From Sandaracinaceae bacterium (GTDB taxonomy: Bacteria; Myxococcota_A; Polyangia; Polyangiales; Sandaracinaceae): a stretch of 64,000 bases of DNA. Where the stretch lies: positions 6,855 to 70,854 of the forward strand of contig JAHBWG010000047.1 of assembly GCA_019637095.1 (NCBI GenBank), read 5' to 3'. A program made the position numbers and the translations under genes. Positions 1 to 8,229 of this stretch are shown here, piece after piece. Position 1 is the first letter of the stretch. Each line of letters begins with the position of its first letter. The notes under the pieces were generated by a model. That model ran no database searches. It saw only the letters and a list, made by a program, of their open reading frames with translations, and had not been told where the DNA came from.

Positions 1-1
1 G

Positions 2-883
2 CGCGCGTGGCGCGCGCTGCCGGTCGACCTGCGCGGGGAGCCGCGCTGGGCGATGATCGAGTGCCACTTCGACGCGCGCGCGCACTGCGATCTGGTCCTC
101 GAGGTCGAGCCCGCGCGGGACGGCGCGGGCAGCGTGCACGTCGAGCTCGACGCGTCCGAAGCCGGTTGGAGCGAGCGCATCGTGTTCACCGGGCTGGAGC
201 CGCGCCCTGGGCTCTCGCCCGCCCCGGGCTGGGAGGACCGGCTCCACGCAGCGCTCGCCGCGCGCGGGGGCTACGCCGCCGCCTCGCTCGCGCCCGTGCT
301 CGCGCGGCTCCCGCGCGAGGCGTGGGTCGCGCACGCGGCGTCGCTGCGGCCGCGCGGACGGGACGCGGTCCGGCTCGTCCTGTCGCTCGCGCCCGCGGAG
401 GTGGCGAGCGCCCTCGCGCGCCTCGGCTGGGGCGGGGATCCGCGCGCGCCGGGCGCGCTCGCGGCGGAGGTCGCGCGCGGGCTCGGTCGCACGCAGGTCC
501 ACGTCGACGTGGTCGGCGAGGCGCTCGGGCCGAGCGTCGGGATCGAGGTCTACTTCCCCGGGCGCCCCTCCGAAGACGCACGCTGGGCGCCGACGATGGC
601 GCGCTTGCGCGCGCTCGACGCGGCCAAGACGGAGGCGCTGGACGGATGGCCGGGCGCGCACCGCGGGTTCCTGCGCCACCTCGGCGTCAAGCTCGTTTGC
701 GACCTCGAGGGCGGGCTCGGGGCGAAGGCTTACCTGGTGTTCCGCGCGCGGAAGCCGGGGGCCATCATCGAGAGCCAGCGCTCGGGGTGGACGGCGCCGG
801 CGGCGTCGACATCCCCGAGCGCGCGGGCCCGCTCGTCGTGTGCCCCGCGCAGCTCCGCGAGCCGCGCGCGCGCGCAGGCGTGA
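2..883 (+). CDS. hypothetical protein, 5' end outside window
   Basis: Frame 2 is open from position 2 (RAWRALPVDLRGEPRWAMIECHFD...). The sequence is non-repetitive through ...GAKAYLVF (track ORF 53..883). The last ~50 codons overlap the convergent kinase gene and become low-complexity, so the 3' end is uncertain. No family recognised. Confidence 0.5.
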   Translation, partial: RAWRALPVDLRGEPRWAMIECHFDARAHCDLVLEVEPARDGAGSVHVELDASEAGWSERIVFTGLEPRPGLSPAPGWEDRLHAALAARGGYAAASLAPVLARLPREAWVAHAASLRPRGRDAVRLVLSLAPAEVASALARLGWGGDPRAPGALAAEVARGLGRTQVHVDVVGEALGPSVGIEVYFPGRPSEDARWAPTMARLRALDAAKTEALDGWPGAHRGFLRHLGVKLVCDLEGGLGAKAYLVFRARKPGAIIESQRSGWTAPAASTSPSARARSSCAPRSSASRARAQA

Positions 884-3800
884 AGGCCGAGCAGCCCGCC
901 CTCGGCGAACGCGTCGAGCGCGCGCTGTGTCTGCGCGAGCGCCTCCGCCTCGGCGCCGGTCGCTGCGGCGTGCCCGGCGAGCACGAGCGCGCCGATGCCT
1001 CGCGCGTCGGCGCGGGCGATGCGCGCGAGCGCGCGTCCGTCGTCGCGGGCGCGGCCGAGCCCCGCGCGATCACCGGCGTCCGCGCGCGCGAGGTCGACGC
1101 GCGCGCGGGTGGAGAGGGCGTCGATGCGCGCGACGTCGATGCGCAGGAGCTGCGAGCGCTGGAGCCCCGGCCACATGCGGTCGAGGTCCGCCGCGGCGGC
1201 GGCCGGCGCGCCGCCGTAGACGTGCGCCATCGCGAGCGCACGCCCGACGTAGAGGTCCTGGATCTCGAAGCGATCCGCCTGCCGGCCCCGCGCGGCCGTG
1301 CGCACGAGCTCGAGCGCCGCCTCGGGGCGGTCCGCCGCGAGCGCGGCGAGCGAAGAAGAGAACGCGAAGGTGAGCGTGCCGTACTGATCGGCGGCCTCCT
1401 GCGCCTCGCGCAGGTAGCGGTGGCTGCGCAGCGCGACCTCGTCGTAGCGGCCGAGCTCCTCGGCGGCGCGCAGCGCCCCCATCCGCCCGATGTTGCGCTC
1501 GAACCGGAGATCTGGCCGCCCGCGCAGGCGGCGCTGCCCGCGGGTGGACAGGCGGTGGCACGCCAAGAACTCGCCGCGCGCGAGGTGGAGCTGGCCTTCG
1601 AGGACGTCGACGACGCCGAGCAGCGCCGTGTCGCCGCTCGCCTCGCCGATCGCGACCGCCTCGGCGAGCAGCGCGCGGCCCCACGCGAGCAGCGGGCCGC
1701 CGAACGGTCCGAGCACGGTGCCGCCGACGATCGCGGCGAAGTGCGCGCGCTGCCGCCTGCCGCCGCGCCGGGCCGAGAGCGAGAGGCCGTGCACGGCGAG
1801 CTGCGCGCCTCGGAAGAACTCGGTCGCGATCAGCCCGCGGCTTCCGGCGAGGAGCAGCTCGAGCCCCTCGTCGTCGGCGTCGTCGTCGACCGCGCGCCGT
1901 CGGAGCCCGTCGCGCGCGAGATCCGACAGGGCGCGCGCGAGGCCGCCGATCGGGCCGCGCGGGAGGTCGATCCCCGCACGCGCGAGCAGCGCGTAGAGGT
2001 GCGTCCGGCCCTCCTCGAGGTGGCCGCTCGTCATGAAGAGCTCGAGCGCGCGTCGCCGGTCGGTGTCCGTCCCGCCGTCCTGCGCGAGCGCCTCGAAGAG
2101 CCGCGCGGCCTCCGCGGCGCGGCTCGCGGCCGCGAGCGCGTCGGCGCGCGCGCGCCGGAGCTCACGGCGCGTCGCGCGGGGCCAGCCGTCCCACGCGTCG
2201 GCGATCTCGAGGAGCTCTGCGGCCTGATCGTGCGCGCCCGCGCGGCTCGCGGTGCGGGCGGCCTCGACGGCGTGCTCGGCGGCGCGCTCGATCTCGCCGG
2301 CCTCGCGGTAGAGCGCGACGCGGGCGTGCGGGACGGCGTCGAGGGCGGTCGCCGTCGACAGCAGCGCCTGCGTCACACGTGCGCGCTCCGCGTCGGGGGT
2401 CGCGTCGCGCCACACGCGGCCGAGCAGATCGTGGCGGAGCTCGACCGGTTCGTCCGGGTGGAGGCGCGGCAGGGTCACGAAGCGCGCGCCCTCGAGGCGC
2501 CGCAGCGGCTCCTCGTCCTGGCCGCCGGCGATCGCCGCGACCACGCGCTGCGGCAGCGGACCGCGCGCGATCGCGAGGGCGGCGAAGGCGCGCGCGCACG
2601 CGGGCCCGAGCTCGTCGACGCGCCTGCGGAGCGCGGTGGTGAGGTCGAGGGCGTCGGCGTCGACAGCGTCGCCCGCCACCGACGCGAGCACGTAGAGCTG
2701 GCCCGGGTTGCCGGCGGCGGCGCGCGCGAGCGCCCGCGCGCGCGGCTCGCTCGCGCCATCGAGCCATCGTTGCGCGAGCGCCGCGCTCGCCTCGTCGCCG
2801 AGCGGCGAGAGCGCGAGCTCGACGTCGTGGCCGCGCATCCACGCCTGGGCGGCGCGGGCCTCGAGCTCGTCGACGAAGCCGCGCGCGCGCCGGGGCTCTC
2901 CGACGGCGCCCACGAACAGGACGGGGAGCGGCGGTGAGGCGCCGAACCACCCCATGAAGAGGCGCGCGCTGTCGCGGTCGCCCAGGTGCAGGTCGTCGGC
3001 CACGAGGACGAGGCGCCGCTGCCGCGCCACGGCGTCGAACAGCGCACGCAAGATCTCTTGCGGGCCACGATCGATCGGCGCGCCGGCCGGCGCGTGCGCG
3101 CGGAGCCGGCCCAGCGCCGGGAAGAGGGCCTCGCCGCCCGCGATGTCCGCGGGGACGACCCCGGCCGCGCTCGCCGGCTCGTCGCGCAGGGCGGCGACGA
3201 GGGCGTCCACCCAGCCGTCGATCACGTCGTGGGCGACCCGCTCGAGCGGGCGGCAGCGCGTCGTGAGGACGAGCGCTCCGTCGAGCTCGGCGCGCAGCTC
3301 CTCGGTGAAGCGCGAGAGGAGCGCCGACTTGCCCGAGCCCGAGCCGCCGCGCACCCAGACGCGCACCGGCGCGCCGGCGAGCCACCGATCCTTGGCCTCG
3401 CGCAGGCGCGCGAGCTCCGCGTCCCGGCCCACCACCGTGGGCGCCGGGAGCGGCGTCGGCCTCGGCGTGCGCCCGAGCGCGCGCGCGAGCGCCTCGCCGT
3501 GCGGGCGCGCGGTCGGCTCGGGCGCGAGCAGCGCGGCCGCGAGCGCCGCGAGATCGGCGTCGCGCGCGTCGACGGCGGGCGCCTCGAGCCCGCGGAGCTT
3601 CTTCACCACCGAGGTCGTCGTCGGCCCCTCGAAGGGTCGCCGCCCGGCGAGCGCCTCGTAGAGCATCATGCCGACGCAGTACCAGTCGGCGGCCTCCCCG
3701 GCGGCGTGGCCGAGCAGCCGCTCGGGCGCGGCGTACGCGGGGGTCATGCCGCCCTCCTCGCGCAGCGCGCCGTCGGACGGATCGAGCAGCCGGGCGAAGC

Positions 3801-4482
3801 CGAAGTCGAGGATCACCACGCGCCCCGAAGGCTCGACGAGGATGTTGTCGGGCTTGAGGTCGAGGTGCAGCACGCCGCGCGCGTGGAGCGCGCCGAGGCC
3901 GTCCGCGAGCGCGGCGAAGGCGGCGCGGATGGCGCTGGGGCGGTCGGCCGCGCGCGCGACGTGCTCGGTGAGCGGCACGCCGCGCACGCGCTCCATCGTG
4001 AAGAAGGAGACGTCCTCGTCGAGCACCAGCTCGTAGAGCGAGACGACGTTCGGGTGGGAGATCGCGGCGGCCGCGCGGAACTCGCGCTTGAGCGCTCGGA
4101 CCGCCTCCGCCCGCCCGAGCGAGAGCACCTTCAGCGCGAGCGCGCGGTCGCGCGCGAGGTCGTAGGCCTCGTAGACGGCGCCCATCGCGCCGACGCCGAG
4201 CACGCCGCGCACCTCGTAATCACCGAGGAGCGTGCCCGGCGCGATCGGCGCGGACGGGCCTTCGGGCCACGTCGCGGGCACGCGGGCGCGCGGCGGCGCG
4301 CGCTCGGGGAGGTCCACCACGCGCCGTTTGTACCAGCCTGGTGCGCGCTCTGCGCCCCCGAACGACCGGCGCGGCCGATCGCGGCGGTTGCGGCGCGCGG
4401 CCGGCGCTCGGCCGATGCTATGCTTCGGCAGGCTCGGTGGCGGCACCGCACGTACAACCTTCCGGCTCGGCAGCCTGGGCAC
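730..4482 (-). CDS. Ser/Thr protein kinase fused to P-loop (AAA_16/STAND-like) ATPase and TPR-like helical region
   Basis: Hanks kinase motifs are present: GVGAMGAVYEAYD, HLDLKPDNILV (non-RD variant), DFGFA, TPAYAAPE. A Walker A motif follows (VRGGSGSGKSALL), then a long helical C-terminal region. The ORF opens with GTG at 4482. An internal GTG at 4320 (VVDLPE) would remove the overlap with the divergent FHA gene, so the start is uncertain. Confidence 0.9.
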   Translation of the reverse strand: MPRLPSRKVVRAVPPPSLPKHSIGRAPAARRNRRDRPRRSFGGAERAPGWYKRRVVDLPERAPPRARVPATWPEGPSAPIAPGTLLGDYEVRGVLGVGAMGAVYEAYDLARDRALALKVLSLGRAEAVRALKREFRAAAAISHPNVVSLYELVLDEDVSFFTMERVRGVPLTEHVARAADRPSAIRAAFAALADGLGALHARGVLHLDLKPDNILVEPSGRVVILDFGFARLLDPSDGALREEGGMTPAYAAPERLLGHAAGEAADWYCVGMMLYEALAGRRPFEGPTTTSVVKKLRGLEAPAVDARDADLAALAAALLAPEPTARPHGEALARALGRTPRPTPLPAPTVVGRDAELARLREAKDRWLAGAPVRVWVRGGSGSGKSALLSRFTEELRAELDGALVLTTRCRPLERVAHDVIDGWVDALVAALRDEPASAAGVVPADIAGGEALFPALGRLRAHAPAGAPIDRGPQEILRALFDAVARQRRLVLVADDLHLGDRDSARLFMGWFGASPPLPVLFVGAVGEPRRARGFVDELEARAAQAWMRGHDVELALSPLGDEASAALAQRWLDGASEPRARALARAAAGNPGQLYVLASVAGDAVDADALDLTTALRRRVDELGPACARAFAALAIARGPLPQRVVAAIAGGQDEEPLRRLEGARFVTLPRLHPDEPVELRHDLLGRVWRDATPDAERARVTQALLSTATALDAVPHARVALYREAGEIERAAEHAVEAARTASRAGAHDQAAELLEIADAWDGWPRATRRELRRARADALAAASRAAEAARLFEALAQDGGTDTDRRRALELFMTSGHLEEGRTHLYALLARAGIDLPRGPIGGLARALSDLARDGLRRRAVDDDADDEGLELLLAGSRGLIATEFFRGAQLAVHGLSLSARRGGRRQRAHFAAIVGGTVLGPFGGPLLAWGRALLAEAVAIGEASGDTALLGVVDVLEGQLHLARGEFLACHRLSTRGQRRLRGRPDLRFERNIGRMGALRAAEELGRYDEVALRSHRYLREAQEAADQYGTLTFAFSSSLAALAADRPEAALELVRTAARGRQADRFEIQDLYVGRALAMAHVYGGAPAAAAADLDRMWPGLQRSQLLRIDVARIDALSTRARVDLARADAGDRAGLGRARDDGRALARIARADARGIGALVLAGHAAATGAEAEALAQTQRALDAFAEGGLLGLHACARARLAELRGAHDERARALGDVDAAGAVHPERWLSMMAPGFRARNTR

Positions 4483-5885
4483 GCGCGCAACTGACCCGCG
4501 GGACGTCGGGGGGACAGCTCTGGGAGATCACCGCCGACTATCCGGAGGCGCGGCTCTCGGTCGGGAGCGATCCGAGCGCGGGCTGGTGCGTCCAAGGGCA
4601 CGGCGTGGCGGCGCTGCACTGCGAGCTGTTCTGGGACGGGCAGGCGCTCTGGGTCGCCGACACCGCGGGCGTGGGCGGCGTGTTCCTCGACGGGATGCGC
4701 GTGACCGACTGGGTGCAGGTCCACGGGCCGGCGGAGCTCCGCTTCGGGCAGGCCGCGATGGACATCGAGACGAGCGTGCCGGCGGCGCAGCGGATGATGG
4801 CGAGCCCGAAGGGGGCCAAGCCCGTCACCGTGACGGACTTCGTGATGCCGGCGGACTCGGCGCGGCCGAGCTCGCCGCTCTTCGGCGGCGCGGCCGGCGA
4901 CCTCAACGTGCCCGACCTCGACTCGGAGCGGACGCGGATGGTCGTGCAGGCGCCGGACGACGCGCGCACGCAGCACCAGCTCGTCAGCCCTCCCTCCGAG
5001 CCCCCGGCCAACGCGCTGCGGCCGCGGCTCGGCGCCGCGGTCGGCGCGCCCGCGGCGTCCGCCGTCGCGAGCGAGGCGACGCGCATGGTCCCGATGCCGG
5101 CGCCGGCCGCCTCGCAGAGCCCACCGCGCATCGGGACGCCGATCGGCGCGCCCGCGCCGCCGCCGATGATCCCGCTCGCGGGCCTGCCCGCCGCTGTCGT
5201 CGCGCTGCCGCCGGCGGTGCCGCCGCGCGCGCTCTCTCCCGCGCCCGCGCCGCCGCCGGCGCTCGCGCCGCCCGAGCCGCTCGCGCCGCCGCCGCCCCTC
5301 GACGGATTCGCCGCGCCGCCGCCCCCCGTCGCCGCGCCCAAGCAGGGCGGGAGCGCGCTCGCGAAGGTCTGGGACAAGGTCAAGCCCGAGAAGCCGGCCA
5401 CCGACGGCAAGCAGGCGATGCCCACGCGCACGTGGATCCTGCTGGGGGTGACGGTGCTCGTCACGGTCGGGTGGCTGCTCTGGGACGACGCGCCCGTGGA
5501 GGTCGAGGCGCCGCCGGCCCCGGCGCCGGCCACCGCGTCCCCGCGGCCTGCGCAGCCCGTCGCCGAGCCGGTCGCCGCGCCCGTCGTCGCCCCCGCGCCG
5601 GGCAGCGAGCCGGGCGCTGAGGCGGGCGCGGGGGGCGGACCGCCGGAGGCCGCGCCCCCGCTCGACCCAAGCTCGCCGACCGTCCCGGGCTCCGACCCCG
5701 CGAGCGATGACCCCGCCGACGGTCCGACCCTGCAACGCCGCGCGGCCGACGCGTATGCGTCCGGCGACTACGCGACCTCGGCCGCGGCGTACCGGAGGCT
5801 CGCCGCGCGCCACCCCGACGATCCGTCGTACGGCGCGATGGTGCGGATCCTCGAGCGAAGGCTCGCCGAACAGAGGGAGCGCTGA
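4437..5885 (+). CDS. FHA-domain membrane protein with Pro/Ala-rich linker and TPR-like C-terminus
   Basis: FHA-like core: RLSVGSDPSAGWCVQGHGVAALHCELFWDGQALWVADTAGVGGVFLDGMRV. A long proline-rich region follows, then one TM helix (TWILLGVTVLVTVGWLLW) and a C-terminal AADAYASGDYATSAAAYRRLAARHPDDP segment. The start is ambiguous: ATG 4341 or GTG 4437. GC3 only becomes high from about 4490. Confidence 0.78.
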   Translation: MAAPHVQPSGSAAWARAQLTRGTSGGQLWEITADYPEARLSVGSDPSAGWCVQGHGVAALHCELFWDGQALWVADTAGVGGVFLDGMRVTDWVQVHGPAELRFGQAAMDIETSVPAAQRMMASPKGAKPVTVTDFVMPADSARPSSPLFGGAAGDLNVPDLDSERTRMVVQAPDDARTQHQLVSPPSEPPANALRPRLGAAVGAPAASAVASEATRMVPMPAPAASQSPPRIGTPIGAPAPPPMIPLAGLPAAVVALPPAVPPRALSPAPAPPPALAPPEPLAPPPPLDGFAAPPPPVAAPKQGGSALAKVWDKVKPEKPATDGKQAMPTRTWILLGVTVLVTVGWLLWDDAPVEVEAPPAPAPATASPRPAQPVAEPVAAPVVAPAPGSEPGAEAGAGGGPPEAAPPLDPSSPTVPGSDPASDDPADGPTLQRRAADAYASGDYATSAAAYRRLAARHPDDPSYGAMVRILERRLAEQRER

Positions 5886-5888
5886 GCG

Positions 5889-6605
5889 ATGAAGAGCTCG
5901 ATGAATGCAATGTTCGTTGCCCCCGTCGCGCTCGCCGCGCTCGCCGCGCTCGCGTCCTGCGAGGAGGCCGAGCCGCCGCCGCGCGTGCCGTACACGTTCA
6001 CCATCACCGCGACGAGCGATCGCCAGCCGCTCGCGAACGTCACCGTCGTCTACAACGACACCGTGCTCGGCGCGACGAACGCGGAGGGCTTGTACACGGC
6101 GAACCTCTTCGGCCCGGAGGGTCAGCCGGTCTCGTTCAGCGTCCGCTGCCCGGACGGCTACCGCAACGCGGAGGGCTCGCAGCTCGTGACGCTGCGGCGG
6201 GTGATGAGCCTCGACCGCCAGGTGCAGGCGCGCGGCGTCGAGCTCGGGTTCGAGTGCCCGCCCGAGTACCGCGACGCGGTGGTGATCGTGCGCGCGCACG
6301 ATCGTCCGGGCCTGCCCGTCTACGTCGACGGCGTGGAGGTGACGCGCACGGACGCGAGCGGTACCGCGCACGTCCACCGCCGGATGATGCCGCAGGCCCA
6401 GTTCCAGGTCCGCATCGCCACCGCGAGCAACCCCCGCCTGCGTCCGGTCGATCCGTCGCAGAGCTACACCGTCCCCGACCACGACGCCGTGTTCCTCTTC
6501 GACCGTCGCTTCGAGGAGGAGGCGCCGCCGCGCCGCCGCGTGGTGCGCCGCGCCGCCCCGCCTCCGCCGCGCCTCCCCGTCCGCATCGGCGGCCCGCCGC
6601 GCTGA
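5889..6605 (+). CDS. lipoprotein, function unknown
   Basis: Signal peptide plus lipobox (VALAALAALASC). Non-repetitive beta-rich sequence, starting 4 nt after the FHA gene stop. Basic Pro-rich tail. Confidence 0.75.
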   Translation: MKSSMNAMFVAPVALAALAALASCEEAEPPPRVPYTFTITATSDRQPLANVTVVYNDTVLGATNAEGLYTANLFGPEGQPVSFSVRCPDGYRNAEGSQLVTLRRVMSLDRQVQARGVELGFECPPEYRDAVVIVRAHDRPGLPVYVDGVEVTRTDASGTAHVHRRMMPQAQFQVRIATASNPRLRPVDPSQSYTVPDHDAVFLFDRRFEEEAPPRRRVVRRAAPPPPRLPVRIGGPPR

Positions 6606-6737
6606 CGCCGCGCGAAGTGGCGTGGGAGGGTCGGCGCCTCGGAGCGGCGGCGACCGCGACCCGCTTCGGCGCGTGCGATCGCCTGCGTCCATCGCGCGCA
6701 TCGAGCGTCCTTCGAACCACGGAAGCGAGGTGACGAC

Positions 6738-7424
6738 ATGGAGCTCGTGGTATCGACGACGGCGCGGCGGCTCGATCGCGCGGTGACGGCGGCGCGCATC
6801 CTCTCCTACTGGTTCGCCGATCTCGACGACCGCTCGGTGCTGGATCCGACGACCGAGCCGATGCGCACGTGCTACGCGCGCTGGTACGGCAAGAGCCCCG
6901 CGATCGACGAGGAGATCCGCGCGCGCTTCGAGGCCGATCTGGACGCGGTCGTGTCGTCCGATGTGGGCTGGCTCGCGGAGCTCGACGCGTGGGCGGAGGT
7001 GGAGCTGGGCCTGCTCGCGCTGGTGATCCTCCTCGATCAGCTCCCGCGGAACATGTATCGAGGGACCCCTCGGATGTACGCCTACGACGCGCTCGCCCTC
7101 GCCGCGACGAGCCACGCCATTCGCGCGTACGAGGACCTGGACATGCCGCTGGTCCGCCGGATGTTCCTCTACGTCCCGCTCATGCACGTCGAGGCGCTCG
7201 GCGTGCAGCGAGAGATGACGCGCCGCTTCGAACGCCTGCGGTCGCTGGCGACGACACGCGCTCCGTCGAGCGTGGGGTTCTTCGACCACGCCCTCCGATC
7301 CGCGCGGCGTCACGCGCAGGTGGTCGAGGCGTACGGGCGATTCCCGCACCGCAACCCGATCCTCGGTCGCGCCTCCACGCCGGAAGAGGAGGAGTACCTG
7401 CGAGGGCCCGACCCGGGCTTCTGA
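6738..7424 (+). CDS. DUF924 family protein
   Basis: Characteristic DUF924 features: ILSYWF, WYGKSP..IDEEIR.RF, LDQLPRNMYRGTPRMYAYD, and C-terminal GRFPHRNPILGRASTPEEEEYL. Confidence 0.85.
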   Translation: MELVVSTTARRLDRAVTAARILSYWFADLDDRSVLDPTTEPMRTCYARWYGKSPAIDEEIRARFEADLDAVVSSDVGWLAELDAWAEVELGLLALVILLDQLPRNMYRGTPRMYAYDALALAATSHAIRAYEDLDMPLVRRMFLYVPLMHVEALGVQREMTRRFERLRSLATTRAPSSVGFFDHALRSARRHAQVVEAYGRFPHRNPILGRASTPEEEEYLRGPDPGF

Positions 7425-7455
7425 CTCCGCGCGTCAGAGGCGCCGATCGAGCCCG

Positions 7456-8229
7456 TCAGTCCAGGAACGCCCAGCGGATGCGCAGGTTGCCGGCCCCCGA
7501 GGGCATCCCGACCATGTCCGTCTCGTCGCACGTCGTCTGCATCGCGGGCGAGTAGTACGAGAGGACCTCGAGCTTGACGTGGCGGCCGCTCGCGAGCGCG
7601 ATCACGTACACGTTGCCGGTCATCGCGACGCAGCCGCCGTAGCGCCAGAAGCTCGAGAGCGCGGTCTGCGGCGAGCCGATCCCCGCGCCGTCCGGCACGT
7701 ACTCGCAGGTCTCGGTGAAGTAGGCTTCCTCGCGATAGCTCAGGCCGTCCGGCACCGCGGCGAGCGTCTCGAACTCGGTGCTCGGCGCCGTCCGCGCCGC
7801 GGTCACGGTCGACGGACCGCCGACGCCACTGTTGAGCCGGATGACGAAGCGCCGGAACGCGATGTCCCACGCGGTCGACTCGAAGGCGGACTCGTCGTCG
7901 ATGTCGACCTTGATGAGCCCGGTGTCGTCGAAGCGCGCGTAGACGTACGCGGTCGTCGGGGTGACCCCGCCGCCCGTCGCGTCGATGTGGTGCACCCGCT
8001 CGCTCGCGCCGGTGCTCTCGTCCGTGATCGCGGCCGGGGACACGGTGTCGAAGAGCATGAGCTGCGAGATCGACTCGTCGATGCAGGGGACCTCGCGCGG
8101 CGCGCCGGCGTCGGTCCCCGCGTCCGTCCCGCCGCCCGCGTCGAGCGGCGAGCCGGCGTCCGTCCCGGGCGACGAGTCGCAGCCGGCGGCCAGAAGAACG
8201 CAAAGGACGGTGACGTGAGAGATCCGCAT
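7456..8229 (-). CDS. alternative model: separate HmuY-like lipoprotein (internal start of the ORF above)
   Basis: ATG at 8229 gives its own lipoprotein signal, MRISHVTVLCVLLAAGC. The body contains WDIAFRRFVIRLNSG, which resembles the WDlaF motif of the HmuY-like family (from memory, not searched). Confidence 0.45.
   Translation of the reverse strand: MRISHVTVLCVLLAAGCDSSPGTDAGSPLDAGGGTDAGTDAGAPREVPCIDESISQLMLFDTVSPAAITDESTGASERVHHIDATGGGVTPTTAYVYARFDDTGLIKVDIDDESAFESTAWDIAFRRFVIRLNSGVGGPSTVTAARTAPSTEFETLAAVPDGLSYREEAYFTETCEYVPDGAGIGSPQTALSSFWRYGGCVAMTGNVYVIALASGRHVKLEVLSYYSPAMQTTCDETDMVGMPSGAGNLRIRWAFLD

Noticed and set aside
7-2937. 976-aa plus-strand ORF (and several nested ones) across the kinase gene
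   Set aside because: The sequence is almost pure Arg/Ala/Gly/Pro with no motifs. It is antisense to a minus-strand ORF that has clear kinase, P-loop and TPR features. This is a typical stop-free artefact of very GC-rich DNA.
4131-7349. 1072-aa minus-strand ORF spanning the FHA, lipoprotein and DUF924 genes
   Set aside because: Arg-rich, low-complexity translation. It overlaps three plus-strand genes that have signal peptides or family motifs.
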